NCBI GenBank assembly: GCA_009602725.1
Contig: WELB01000019.1
Coordinates: 1,051,682-1,115,681 of the forward strand
From: Spirogloea muscicola
Taxonomy: Eukaryota
Length of the DNA: 64,000 nucleotides
Direction of reading: 5' to 3'
The notes beneath the pieces were generated by a model. The model was not told where the DNA came from. It searched no databases and worked only from the letters and a program-made list of their open reading frames with translations. The translations under genes were made by a program, and so were the position numbers. Of this stretch, positions 22,373 to 36,469 are shown piece by piece (within the stretch, counting starts at the first letter, position 1; each line of letters opens with the position of its first letter).

Positions 22373-25300
22373 ATGGCCGCCGCCGAGCCGGGCCGCCGGG
22401 CCGACGTCCCCCACCCGGAACTCGAGCAGCAGCCCGACCGGCGGCCTAGCAGGAGAGCAGCGGACATCGAGGGCTCTCTGATGCCAATCACCAGCACAAC
22501 AGGCGATCGCGTCTACGCCGCACTAGAAGGGCTTCACCAGGATGACAGGAGGGACGTCACCCATTGTCGAAGCCAAATGTTTCCTGGTGAGAAGCTCAGT
22601 GAGACGCCGAAGCTCTCCATCTGCAGTCCCACTTGACGAGAAGTGGCTGCCCCACCGCTTTATTAGCGCCAAGAGGGATCAGTTTACGTCATGAAATGGT
22701 CGTCGACCCTGTACATGGGCGCTAATGCAGCACCACTCTTCTATCGCGACTGTCTTGACGTAGAAAAAGACGGCGCACACATGTACAACCCAACCAGTAC
22801 TGAGCAATCACATGCACGGCACTTTCCAGATGTCAATTGCCTCCTCTCGCAGCCTGTCGAGAAGATGGTGGAGCTTGTGGAGCATGCACGCCTTCAGAAA
22901 ATCGTTGATGTGAGGCCACTGACTTGCAATGCAGCGCAGATTCTGTGTGAGCTGTGGACTATAGAAGTGACCCTGTTGGCTTTGGACACAGGGAATCATG
23001 CCAGCTCGCCACTAAGCTATCTACGGCAAACGCACCTTGAGCAGGACGCAGACCGAGCACTAGCTGCAGAGAGTGCCACAAGTCCACCAAGTGCTGTGCA
23101 GGCCCAGCTCTGGGTGGATAAGTACACTCCTCGGGCCTTCACGGAGCTCCTTAGCGACGAGCAGACAAACAGAGAGGTGAAGCACGAGCTGCACAGCTCA
23201 TCCATTCCGTTAGCAGCCGGAGGTTGTCAGCCTCACCTGAACTCAACAGTTATTTGCAGGTCCTCAAGTGGCTGAAGGACTGGGATGGCCTGGTGTTTGG
23301 GACCCGTCAGACAGCAACGACTGCTGAAGTGCTGCAGGCACTCCGCAGGAGCAGCCATGCTCTGTCGTCAACATCTGCCGTAGTAAGAAACAAGCCCGGC
23401 GTGAGGCCTCATGGATCACACGGTGGCAGTGGGGCTGAAAGTCGCGGCTGGAGCACAGAGAGAGGAGGAGCAAGCGGCAGAGGTAGCAGGGCCCCTTATC
23501 TGGAGCAGGGAGGAGAGGCAGGGCAGAAGGCACGAAGGTGGGGAATTGGGCACGACACAAGAGCGCAGGGGTCTGTGCCTGTTGCTGAGAGCTCTCAGCA
23601 GCTTGGCGCAGGCGACGCATCAGTGAAAGGAGGACCGAGCCAAAAGGTGAACTTTCAACATATGCATCGGCTGTGACAAGATCCCTATCTTTATCAGCGT
23701 CCAGAGCAAGGCAAGCGTTTCTTCTTTGTGGATAAGGACTTATGAAGCGTGTTGTCTGCTGTGTTAAGGTCATCCTGCTCTGCGGGCCCCCAGGCTTGGG
23801 AAAGACGACGCTAGCTCATATAGTTGCAGAGCATTGCGGCTACCGGGTTGTGGAGGTCAGATTGTACAGCCTTGTCCTGCTTACCATGCTTACACTCAAT
23901 AATAGACGAATGCTACCAGGCCTTGAACTCTGGAGGTTAGCTGGTGATCTGGATGCTGCTACGTATCCTTTATACCTGTTAGCTGCACAAGATGGTAGCT
24001 ATGCTGTCGTAACAGTTGGATGATTTGCTACAAATTTCAAATTGCAGATCAATGCCAGTGATGATAGGAGCACCAGCAGATTGAAGGACAAGATGCTTGA
24101 TGCAGTCCAGATGCAACCTGTCATTACAGATGGCAGACCAAACTGCTTGGTAAGAGGCAGCTGCCATCTCAAGCAGAGGTGGTGACACTGCAGCTTTAAT
24201 TTGACGCACCCTTACCTCACCTTACCAATAACAGCATGATGGAGCACAATCAGTCAGGACGTCATTTCCAAGTGTTTTGTTTTGCAATGCCCCACCAGTC
24301 TTTCATAGCCTGCATACTTACTATGCTGTCTATATCGATCTATGACCAGATCATTGACGAGATTGACGGTGCTCTAGGCGGCACCGATGGCAAGGGGGCA
24401 ATTAGTGCACTGCTTGACATTGTGAGTAATCGTTAGTAGACAAACAATCACGCATCTCGAACTGCCTGCAATGCTTCAGCCACAAGCAAGGCGATGCTGT
24501 TCCAACAAGTGCTGGAACAGCAACAGATTTGCCAGGTTCAAGGGACTGCCCACATTAAGTGCAGGTCACAGCAGAGAACCGGCTTGCCAAGAGAGAGCAA
24601 GAGTCAGTGGAAGGAAGTGATGCTCTGGTGTCAAAGTCCAAGAAGGCAAGGAAGACTTCTTTCAAGGGGAAGCTTAACAGGCCTGTACGGTACTGATGCA
24701 ACTGTGTCAGAGATAACCACAAGAAGCTTAATCTAGCAATCCTTGCATGGACCTACTATCATCTTTATGCTTCTGCTGTTGTCCTGATCTGTATAATGTG
24801 CATAGCATATAGATTATTTGCGACTTCGTCTCAGGGCACCTTCAATCTGCTGGGAGAGTGCACTTAAAAAGGTGCTGCATGCTCATGTAGGTCATTTGCA
24901 TATGCAATGATCTCTATGCGCCGGTACTTCGACCTCTGCGAGAAATTGCAAGGTAAGGGTTCAACTCATCCTGAGGGCCTACTCTCAGTTGCATATTTCA
25001 CCTCCTAGTGAGAGGCCATACCTGACGATCATCCACCTGACTTAGCTCAGTCTTGAGCTTTCACTGCTGCTGGGTTAATCAAGAGTTGTCATCCATCTTT
25101 TCAGGGTCTTCATCTTCGAACCCCCATCTGTTTCACGGATGGTTTCGAGGTCTGTTGCTATCCTGAGGCGCATGAAAGCAATGCTGAACATGTGCAATGG
25201 AAAATGCATGTGTGCAGAGCTTCCCTGGTTGTAACACAGTACAAGGATACTGAACAGGAATTTTGAGTGTGACCATATTTGCATGATAGTGCTTCCACCA

Positions 25301-28300
25301 TTGCAGAGCCTCTTGTGAGTCAAGCGCTTGTAAGCATGGCAAGCACAAGGAGGAATTCGCTACATGACTTGCCAATTGACTGGTGTTGAATGCTTATTAA
25401 CTCAGGCTTAAGTATATCTGCGAGGTGGAGGAATTCAAGGCTGATGCCCGTGCGCTTACTGCATTAGCTTCTCACACTGGTGAGGAGATCTAGGCGACCT
25501 GCAGAGAGAGGGCCCTCTTCCACATCGTTTCATACCGATGCTGCTCATAAATTTCAATACGCATGCTCATTCTCTCTAGCAGACACTTCTTGTAATGAGG
25601 CAAGTGAATCCTCGACAAAGAAGCACGAATTTTGTAGAGGTTTGATGTCTAGGCTTCAGAGCTGCTTAAGCAGTCCTGCCACTACGTGCAGCTTGGTTGC
25701 TGGTTTGGGATTGATGAATTTCACAGCTTGACTTGCTGTCCCAGAATGTGACATTCGTTCGTGTCTGAATACTCTTCAATTTCTTCACAGCAGAAGATCT
25801 TCCCTCTCAGTAAGTGGGAAATTCATGATACTAATCACGGACGCTGTTCTCAATGTTGTTTGTTTCTCAGCAGTAATCTTTGTGTATCAAAGCTGACACT
25901 GCTATTACAGTAGCACTTTGTCTGTTCATCTGGAAAAATAACTACGACGCTGAGGAAGCAGTGCTCCTGCGCATTTCTGCTTGCAGATGGATGTTGAGTC
26001 GCAGATAGTTGGTCGAAAGGACATGACAAGAAACATGTTCCACATCTGGCAAGAGGTTTGCAAACAATCACTCACACAGATACACAGATGCTGCTCTACA
26101 TGAGTGACTCTGCAGCATATATCCCACATGCATGGTAGTACGGCTGTCTTATGTCTTCTTGTCTTGATGTGTGCAGGTATTCCAAGCCAAGAAACGGAAG
26201 GACGGGGAGAGTCGAAAAGATGAACACTCTGATTTCTCTAGGTTGCACGCTCTCGTCTCAAGCCAGTAAGGACTCTCTGGCTTCTACTTTTTCTTGTTTG
26301 TGCATTGTTACATATAGTATATACGGCACCTCTTCTGCATTGCTAGCTTAGCCACTTTGCTCTTGTGACCAATCACAAGGGCCCTGCACGCATGGTGGTA
26401 TAGGCATCTTAGGAGTAGCTGAGCTCCTCACTCTGGCTGTCCCGGTCGTCAATAACCTGCCTATCTCAAATATCTGCCTGTTATGAGCCAGGTCCGTCTT
26501 GAACGATGTTATCAACCCTTAAGCTCTGTAATTAACACGAGCTGATTTTTGCTAGCAATTTGGTTGTACATCAGAGGAGACAGTGAGCTTATCATGGCTG
26601 GCATCCACGAGAACCTGCACTCTACAAGCTATCATGATACATACTTTGCAAAGACAGTACGAACTTATCAAACCAATGGATACCTGCCTGCATGAAAGCC
26701 ATATATGTTGAGTAGTACCCAACTTGTAACACATGCAGATAGAAATGGGAGGTGCCAATGCCACATGCTGCAACCGTTTGACAAGCGGATGGGTGGTTGA
26801 GCACCAGGTGCAATGCATGGACTGGATGGCAGAGTCGGACATCATTGGACAGCAGGGTTTCAGCCGCCAGCATGGATATCTTTACGGTGAATTTCTGGAT
26901 TTGTGGTAGATTATGTTGCACTTCCTCTCTAAGCTCGATGTCAAGCTAAGTAAAGGTGTTGACTCGAGAAGTGTGACGTCATTGCATTTGCACAGTAAGT
27001 CCTGAAAGCTATGGTACATCAGTTTGCAACAACTGAACCTGAGCTCGATACCAAGCAAAGGACATGAGTCTTGTCCTAAGTAATCCCATCACTTAGTACA
27101 AGCCACAGGAAGAGAGCCACTCTTGTAGAAGCGCTGCATCAGCACTGAGAGTTGATCCAACGGAAATTGAAGTTTATCCGAACAAATCGGCTCCTCTTCT
27201 CATCAGGCACTCCCTTGCTTGTCTGCAGCTTACCAGGCAGCTCCAGTACTGGCAATCAGGCGCATGGTGGCCAGTAGTAATAGGCCTCACTTGAGATGGC
27301 CCAAGGCTCAATTCAAGTCAGTGTTGCTTGCTCCATTCTGGAGTCCCAGTGGTTGATATCCTCTGAACGCTCACTGTATGTCAGCCATATGGTGTTCGCG
27401 CTTGGTGGAGCGTCATGCTGCCAGCTCAGTATCCTAAGCCACACCATCATCGCGCAGTGTATATAGCTCAGACCCAGCTTACGAGGTCTGATGTAGGACT
27501 TCATAAGTGTGATGGTGTCTTTGCTCACATTAGCATCAGCATTGTTGCAGATTTAGGTCAGACCGCGCATCTAGGCAAGAGCTTCTGATCCTGTGGCGGT
27601 CCAAGATGAATCCAGCGGTCTTCTGCTCCTGGGGCCCTGCGTGCGCCAGTCAGGACCTTGTGTCCTTCCTCCTGACCATACTCTCACCATCTCTTCGACC
27701 AGTGAGTTACCTCTCATCATGACACTTATCTCTTCTTACTTGATAATATCACAGCACATACATGCCCTTTCACTGGATTAGAGGAAAAGCAGCAGGAAGC
27801 TGTAGTCGTCGATATCGATCATCCTGTGTGTTGCGCCTCTTTGTTTCTGGCCTGTCATACAGGTGTCGCTTCAACTTCTCAGCAAATCAGAGAAGAAAGG
27901 CATTGATGAACTTGTAGACACCATGGTGTCGCTCGGCATAAGCTATCAAGCAGCAAAAGCTCCTACCCATACAGACACCCGGGCTTTGGAACAGTCTCTC
28001 ATCCTTCAGATGGATCCCCCACTGGGCAACCTCGTCAACTATGAGGTGCGTGCTGGACGTCCAGTTCCTGGCAAGAGAGGCCATAAGACCTCTCTTGCCA
28101 GCACCTCTGCTTTCATGTATGTGATGTGGTCACACTGACTACGTACTATGAAGGCTGAAGCTCTGCTCATATTCTCCATCCTTTTGACACGTTTTCTGCC
28201 GACTCATGTATTATTTATCGAGTGCCAGCTGAGTTGAACATACAGATATTTCTTTCCGGACTGACTACTCAACAATAGGGTAGTCCACTTTGAAGTATGA

Positions 28301-29823
28301 CTCAGCTTGCCCTGGTGTGTTGATTGTGGTTCACCAGAGCTCTTTGTCTGAGCACAACATTCTTTCTTCAACAATCAGGCAGATGCTGACACATGAGGTG
28401 GATACTCTTTCATCAATCATATGTCAAAGCTGTTGCTCTGTGAATAGGCTATTCTTGAATGTAGGAGACAGTTTTGTGCATTGCACAAGTTGTTTTACCT
28501 CACTCCTACCTCTGCTAATTGCTACTCCTGATGTACTACATCAGAAGAGGCCGTAACATTTGATGCCAGCTTAACAAAATTAACCAGTGATGAAATTGAT
28601 GCCCTTCTTAACTGCTTCTTGGTTTGCAGGTTGAGTTGGAGAGAATCAGGCGTGATTGTGCCTCAAGAAAGTATCAGAGCGTTGATGCAAACAAGCACAA
28701 GGCTGAAACACCAGTGGTGCCTTCACCAAAAAGTACGATAATGCTCTAGAAAGATCACCACCCTAGACATGTATGTCAGATTGTATGACGCTACTGCCAA
28801 GTAACACCAAGGAGTTGCAAGGCATGTCAGCTGTTGACATACCGTCTGCCCTACCAGATGCAGAGAGGCTAACACAATCATCTCTGACAGGTGAACATGA
28901 CAAGGAAAATGAGCTGCCGGCAAACGGAGGCACTTCTGCTGATAAGAAGAGAGACAAGCACGTACATCATGCAGCAGCTTTCCACCAAAGCTCTAGCTCA
29001 AGACTACCTGTCCAGGCTCAGAAGCCCTCTGTTGACTTCTTTGGCAGGTGGGTGCTGCCTACTGGCCAACATTGGAACCCAGACTTCTGCTGGTAACTTG
29101 CTGTATCCAATGTGCCAGCATGTGTCTACTTATGGTTGAAAGAGCAGAGGCTGCAAGCACAAGACTGTGCTTACTTGCTTGCCAATGCAAACATTGTCAT
29201 CACAACGCAAGGGTTTCCATGGACACACTGAATACTCTACCCAAAGTAGTGCGAATTTACATATAAGCGAATATATAAAGACGGTGAGCAGAGGCGGAGC
29301 TTGCAAGGGAGGCGAAGGCGCTGCTCCTGCTCGTGTACATGTTTCCCAAGATTGCTGATGCTGCTGCACAATGCATGATGCTGTGTAAATGCTGCTTGCA
29401 GCAGATGCTTAGGACCTGGTCACAAGCAGGGCGTACATAGAAGGGGCTCGGTAAATTTCGACACGGCTGCTCGCGATGCCCTCCCAGTGCTCTACAAGTA
29501 TCATGAGGTACATCAGAATCTACTACGTGCCAGCTCTGTCATAGGACGTGCTTGAAGTAATCTTGGAAGCTTGGTGAATGTCTAAGCAGGCTTTGCAAGG
29601 TATTGCTTCATGCTTCTCTTCACAATGTCTGTTGACGGTTTGGTTCACTTGACAGCCTTGAGGTCGACTAGAAGTATGAAAAGCTGTTGGAGTAACAGCA
29701 TAGCCTGGTTGAAAGCTTGCATGACCTTGCTGTTCATTGTAAACCGTGGCCCTTGAGAATCCTGTTGCGCAGGGCTTCACTAATGCTGTGAGAAGGCCTG
29801 TTCTGATTCGAGACCTCCTATGA
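22373..29823 (+). CDS. CTF18: Chromosome transmission fidelity protein 18 (alternative RFC large subunit)
   Basis: Multi-exon gene. Motifs: [32 protein letters not shown] (~23110-23285), Walker [10 protein letters not shown] (~23785), [43 protein letters not shown] and C-terminal [21 protein letters not shown] (29823). The start codon is tentative. Confidence 0.93.
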
Positions 29824-30179
29824 CAAACTTATGTGCATATATGTGCATACATCACGAGTTGGGATGCCGTGGGATACTTGTACCTGATGAAGTTGTAGCT
29901 GTCTGGATACCATTACCACCTGAAAGCCAATTACCACCTGTTGTTAGCCTTGGCAAGTGAAGATGTGCATAATTCTCCTAATCATTTAGGTGAAGTGCAT
30001 GAAAATGCATAGGGATAATATAGTGCAGAACCTGCAACTTAGATGCTCACAAGTCTACGAGTTTCTTTGCAGAGTGCCAATCAAGGTTATCCCTCTCCAT
30101 GTGCCACTCTGGAGCAATCGCTTCCCCTATAAGTGGTTTTGGGGAGTGAATTGAAGCATGAGCAGGGTCATACGGCTAT

Positions 30180-30460
30180 CAGCTCAGGTTGTTGTCCGCA
30201 GAGGCGCTTTGTTGGCCCCTCCGAGCTTTGTTCATTCTTCTTCTGGCCTGGCCAATCACACCCATCGCCGTCTACTGGAAGACTATAGTCTCTCTGTTGG
30301 GTTGGCTCATCAGCAAAAGCACGCCCGAATTGAGAGCAGTGGCTGTGAGAGGCCAGCCCAAAGGAATGGACAAGGACTGAAAGGGCCTATTAGCGCAAGA
30401 AGCAAAATAGCAACGCTAAGACGTCAGCACGTAGGCTCTTAGTAACCTCTAGTCAACGCC
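30180..30460. mobile_element. Cluster C: CRE-like 3'UTR fragments upstream of trpD
   Basis: Minus-strand ...TRGY* at ~30439-30455 is followed by ccttgtccattcctttgggctggcctctcacagcc. A plus-strand UTR fragment lies at 30210-30310. Confidence 0.7.
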
Positions 30461-30690
30461 CTTCACTGGAAACGTCTCACTCTGCTCAAAGTCTCGTGGT
30501 CAAGTCTACCGTCGAAGTAGAAGACATAGCAGCGTTGAAAGTGTGACGGTATCCTCGACGTGAGCTTGAGAGAGGTAGGGCAGAAGGATTTCCTCGGAGG
30601 TCCCCTCGAGGGCCTTTGAGGAAATGAGGCCTAGAAGGAAACCAGGACTCCGGCACTGCGTCAGCGCGGCCGCAGGGCAGCGCCGCCACC

Positions 30691-33341
30691 ATGGCCGCCG
30701 CCGCGGCTCGCGCCGCGCCCGCCGCCGCAGCCGCCGCCGCTTGCGGCCGACGCCGCAGGCGCCGACCTCCGCGAGGTGCGCAGGCGGCGACGGCCTCGGC
30801 GCTGGCCTCGGCTAGTGCCGTCGATAGGAGCCTGGCCCTCCTCGGCTGAGGCTAAGGTTCAGACCATGGGGCCCGCTGCTTTTCCAGGTTTTGGAGCAGC
30901 TGCTGGAGGGGTGGAGCCTGACGCAGGCGCAGGCGGAGGCCGCCATGGCCTCGCTGCTGGCCGGCGCTGAGCCGCCGCAGATCGCCGCCTTCCTCGTCCT
31001 CCTGCGCGCCAAAGGCGAGACGGCCGAGGAGGTTTAGCCCGTTACCCCAAACCCTCGTTGATTCCTTCCCAGGAAAATCCTATAATAGACAGTACCTTCT
31101 ATAACATAACGATAGAAACGAAAACCGTGTGCGCTCAGGCTTCTCCGAATGCCGTGTCGGTGGCCCCGTCGGTCTTTGGGCACGCGATGCGCTAACCACA
31201 ATGCCACATACCCGCGAATGGAGCAGAGCCCAGTTACCAGCTCAAATGTCCGACGGTGCTGTCCACAGGATACCTGTCAGCTTTCCTTTCAGAGTTGAGC
31301 TAGAAGCCTCAATAGAAGCCACTTGCTGCTGCTGGGCTGTATCAGGTGGCGGGCCTGGCGAGGGCGATGCGGAGGAGCTGTGTCCCCGTGCACGCCGGGG
31401 AGGACGTCCTGGACATTGTGGGCACCGGCGGCGACGGCGCCAACACCGTCAACATATCCACGGGGGCCTGCGTCCTCGCGGCTGCGTGCGGTGCGAAAGT
31501 GGCCAAGGTCTGCTGACGCCCCTGCCCTCCAAGCCACAGTACTAGATTCGCACCTTGTGTCGAGCATGCTTGTGAAAGTGCAGCAGGACTTGACACAGTG
31601 ATCGACACGAATTTGCAGCATGGAAACAGGTCTGTGTCTAGTGCCTGTGGCAGCGCGGACGTGCTAGAGGCTCTTGGTGTTGCGGTCGACCTCGGTCCCG
31701 AGGTGAGAAAGTTCCACTTCCTCCTTGATTATACCTCAACGGTAGCACTTACTCGCTGTTACGCGTGAGCCACAGGCTGCTTTTGGGGCTCTACTGAGAC
31801 ATTTTACCCGTGCTTGACTGCTGCATGGTGTTCACCTCCATCATGTCTGCACATCACAGAGTGCCTGGTTTCAGTTCAAGACTTGAGCAACACAAGCTTG
31901 ATTTGAGCAGAGATAACTTGCAATGCTGACAGTCTTCAAGTGTCCAGAGTGTAGCTAGGTGCGTTCGGGAGGTTGGTGTGGGCTTCATGTTTGCGCCACG
32001 ATACCACCCCGCTATGAAGATTGTCAGCCCCGTGCGGAAGTCACTAAAAGTTCGGACCGCATTCAACATTCTGGGACCCATGCTCAATCCTGCCATGGCT
32101 CCCTATGCGCTTGTGGGAGTTTTTTCACAGAGAATGGTATGTGCCTCATGATATCATGGGAGTGCCTTGTGTGGCAGTTGCTCGTAGAATCAATGTTGGA
32201 GGCCGAAAGCAGCAAGTGCTGAGTTTCAAGCTCTCTTCTGGAGTGCTAGCCTAGCTACCAAGCTAACACTGGAAGGTAGATCTGTGTGATGCAGGTGGCC
32301 TTGATGGCAGAGTCACTGCAGCTTCTTGGCCTCAAGCGAGCTTTAGTGGTTCACTCAAAAGGCTTGGATGAGATATCACCCATGGGTAAAATCTGAGAGT
32401 TGTGAGCCTGAGCCACTTCTTAAAATAATTATCCTTGATATCCTTCTTGTCACTGCATACGGTGGTGAAGTCTTGGGCATGGCCAATTGAAGTGCTCTCA
32501 AGCCAGTCCGGGCATGCATGTCCAATCAAGATCTATATTGAAATGCAGGTGCTGCTGACATGCTGGAGGTATTGCCAAAGGGCATCCACTCGTTCAGAGT
32601 TGATCCATGTAAGCAGGACAACCTGGAGCATGTCTATGATTTGCAGTCATTTTGATTGTAACATAGTTACAACTGTGTTTTGTCTCTTATTTCTACTGCT
32701 CATCAAAGCAACAACTCTGTTTGTGCAGTGGACCTGGGGATTGCGAGGTGTACAGTAGAGGACCTCAAGGGTGGGGACAAGCAGCTGAATGCGAGCATCC
32801 TCAGGGCCATCTTTGCTGGCGAGCAAGGGGCCGTTGCCGATGCTTTGGTACGAACTTGTGGTCACTGAAAACTAGCAGGGTTATCATACATTGTTGTTTT
32901 GAAGGGCAGTGGTGGGTTATTATGCTTTGCTGTCTGGCGATTTCAGGTCTTGAATGCCGGAGTGGGCTTGGTGGCGTGCCAAGTCGCCAAGAGCGTTGAG
33001 GAGGGCGTTGCCATGGCCCAGGAAGTGCAGCGGTCAGGCCGGGCGCTCAAGACCCTGGATGCCTGGGTGGCCTTGTCGCAGGTCATGCCTGCCCCATTAC
33101 CAGATACCAGATAATCATTTGTAGGAATTAATATGCCCATGCTGAATTTCCACGTATTCTTACACTGTGGGCTCTGTAGGTGCGCACTATAAAATGCATC
33201 CTGTCTGCTTGCATTTCTGCGCTTCAGCCTCAACATGGGCCTTCATTTGCGCTTTCAGCAATTAAAAGAGGAGGAGAGTGTGAGTGAGCGTGCGTGATGG
33301 GATTCCAGCTACTGAAGGAGCAAGAGAGCGTGGAGGAGTGA
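30691..33341 (+). CDS. trpD: Anthranilate phosphoribosyltransferase, plastid-targeted
   Basis: Motifs: [18 protein letters not shown] (30888-31031 exon), [70 protein letters not shown] and VLNAG. The probable last exon is 33309-33341. There is a frame break in the GCC-rich first exon. Confidence 0.92.
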
Positions 33342-33789
33342 GCTAAATTGACGCCTTTGAGCAAGCACCACCTTGTGCTGTGTGAGGCATAAGGGTGCAA
33401 GGCTGAGCTGCACAAGAAGTCAGCTCAGTTTAGTTGCGCACACATCCGCTCGAGTCCAGCTTAATGAAGCAGCAGCTCCTGCAAGCTGATATAGGAGCGC
33501 CACTCACCAGCCTCCAGTGCACAATCCGTGTCAGAGTCAGTGCTGCGTCAGATGCAAGGGACACGGGGTTCTGAAGTTGCCTGCATGTAGCAATTGCTCA
33601 AAGCGCTCGGGGAGCCTCAAGAAAACAATCTGTTCTGCCTACAAATAGCAGGCAATGCACCTGCCTCTCATGTCAAACTTTGTGGACAAAAGCTGGCAGT
33701 AAAGTGTCGCCATCGCTCACTCTTAAGCGCCTGCTACAGTATAACTGCAGAATCAAAAATCATATCGGTGTGTACAAGATCAGCTTTGC

Positions 33790-36388
33790 TCATAGTTCGC
33801 CAGCATTTGTGTTGCCCTGGCCACTACTGCTTGGCCACAGGCTGCTGATGTATTGAGCGGCCACGCTCGCCCCTTCCCTGGCCGAGTCTAACAGCTGCTG
33901 GCCACCGGCCATCAACCTGCTCTTGAGCTGCTGTGCATGCTCTTGCACCTGCTCGACAAAGCCCGTAGCAGGAGTGGTACCACCTGCCTTGGCCCCATCA
34001 CTGGCGCTCTGTGAGTGAGCAGCTGGGCTTTGTGTCTGCTGCTTGATCTGCACAATGTAAGGGGACAATGTAACAATAGACTACGTCAATCAACATGGCC
34101 AGCAGTGGGGGGTTTGAAAGCGGATACAAATCCAGCAAAGACTGGCACATGGTCGAAGCAGACTGCCTGACTCCTCTCACACAAGCAGGCAGTAGACAGC
34201 GGCCTTCACTGATTCTGGTATTGCTCCTTGTAATGAGTAATAGAAGCGCACAGTGATAGGCGGTCGACTCCTATCATCGTCCTCATCCTCCTCGTCATCG
34301 TCATCGCTTGCGCCGCCCATGGCATCGAGGCCTCCGTTCATTAGGTCGTCCCGTGAATACATCTTCATCTTCGGAGCTCCCGGCATGTCCTGCATATTGG
34401 TCCACCACAGTGACTGTATTACAGAAAGTCGATAAGGTCAAAGGAGACACTCAAGCTTGAAGCTTATGAAGCACCAGTTGCAGCACTACCAAATCCTACA
34501 CGCTTCTGTCCTCTTGAGTAGTAAATAGATGATCAACGAGGCAAAGAGAAAGGTGGAAAATCCGAGGTTGTGCTTACACCCATCGATCTCATCAATCTCT
34601 CCATCTCAGCTTCCTTGGCCTCCATCTTAGAAAACTCCTCATTGCGGGTCCTTCCCTGCAGTCTTCACGATACTCTTTGAATCTTACTCACCCTACTCAT
34701 CCTCGAGTTGTGCTCAATCATGCACAGTCACACTTGAGAAATAATCAATAGTAACTGAGAGCACCAAAGAGCCAGAGCGCGGCTTGCATCTTCTCCAGAC
34801 TGAAGAGGTGCTACGCCCCACTTTCACACGTGAGGTCTGGAAGGTACCTTGGAAACCCGTGGCACGGGGCCTTTGCACGCTCCACTGAGGTCCTTGCACA
34901 GAAGCTTGGAAAGAGCTGATCTATTACCGTCAGCATATAGGAGCTCTGCAACATCTGTATCATGCTCGCCCATCACCTGCATGCAATTCTCGTAGCTTGT
35001 GAGTAAATTGCTGGTAGCGCATAAGACTGTCAAGAAGATGTGCAGCTTTGATGCTGCATATCTGAGGCAGGCCAAAGACTTCCTACACTTGCATGACAGT
35101 AGTCACCACATGACAGGAGAACGTGAGGTATAAGTTGACAGACACAGATGGGTCGCTTGTGTCTTCATTACCTCCTCACAGGCCCGCTGAATCGTCTTGC
35201 ATTCAGAGTTGCAATTCCCAGCTGTATCTTGTTGCACAAGCTGCAAAAGTATCCATAAACAGGCTGAGCAAGCGCACTCTGCCATTCCGAGCTCGTCTTT
35301 AATGTGCTACAAGGGCGTTAAAAAGCAACACTTCTGCAGAGGTCATGATAAGCTGACACTTCAACCGCAATACCTGTCTGCAGTACTCACAATTACTCAA
35401 GTCACAGCACTGGTTTGACTTGTCTGCAGCTACCGACGTGTACCTGTTTAGCAGGCTAGAGCAAGTGCTTCACCTTGAGTTGATCACCCTCTTGGACGAT
35501 GTCCAGCATCGTGATCCATTCGCCTTCATCCCGACTTGGATTGCATATCTTCTCTGTGAGCTCGATAATCTGGAACTCAGTCAGCTGCCAGATCCAGCAT
35601 GGGCAGAAAGTATTACTCACGACTGTCACGAGGTCGAGCGGAGCATCAGGTCAGACTTAGCAATGTGGACTGCTAGCTTCAGAGTAGTCTCACACGATCC
35701 ACAACCCACAAGCCACTAAGACTTGTACAACTGATGATGCATGGATTAGCATCGCGCAAGTGATCAGCTCCAAGGCAATCCATCGCAACGTCCTCAACGT
35801 CCCAGGTTCTGGAAGCCTGATTACAATCTCTCTTAGGTTACAGAAGCTGTGACTATCCCTGCTAAACCTCACGCCACATTTCTCCTTACCCTCGTACTAC
35901 AGCCACATATCTAAACCCCAAGCCCACTTCACACACCCTTCTTAAGTACAAGAACGGGCGGTCTCGTAGGAGAAATGCGGCCTAGTCAGACAGTATGCAT
36001 GCTGAGTAACGATGGTGATCAAAGCGGCACTGGTTGAAGCACCAGCAAGCTGGCTGCTTTCGATATTTCAGCAACCTCGCCTGCTGAGCACCCGGCTCCC
36101 ACTACGCCAGATGCATTCCAGCGTTCGCAGCAGTCCCAATCTTGACGACCGTGTTCGAGTCAAGAGGCTCACCTTGCGCGGCGCCGCCTCGTCGCGCCGC
36201 CGCTTGACCTGGCGGTGCAGGCTCTTGGCGAGCTCCTCGCAGACGGCGCAGCGGATGAAGGGCACGTCCTCCTTCCACGCCACAGCGCCCCTGCGCGGCT
36301 TGGCCAGCGCGCCGCCGGCGGCGGCGGCCAGGCAGAGCGCCGCTGTGAGCGCCACCACGCCGGCGGCCGCGCGGCGCCGAGGGGCCAT
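33790..36388 (-). CDS. Secretory saposin/canopy-like ER protein (plant SES1-like)
   Basis: Seven exons. A signal peptide is followed by KEDVPFIRCAVCEELA, FQIIELTEKICN, GNCNSECKTIQRACEE, DTDVAELLY, MPGAPKMKMYSRDDL, an acidic tract and C-terminal AGEL*. This matches my recollection of the Arabidopsis SES1 family. Confidence 0.8.
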
Positions 36389-36469
36389 GGCTGGGGTTGT
36401 CGCTGTGGACTGACGAGCAGACCAGCTCGTCAGACGGGCCTGGCCTTCACAACCCCTTCGCGCATCACA

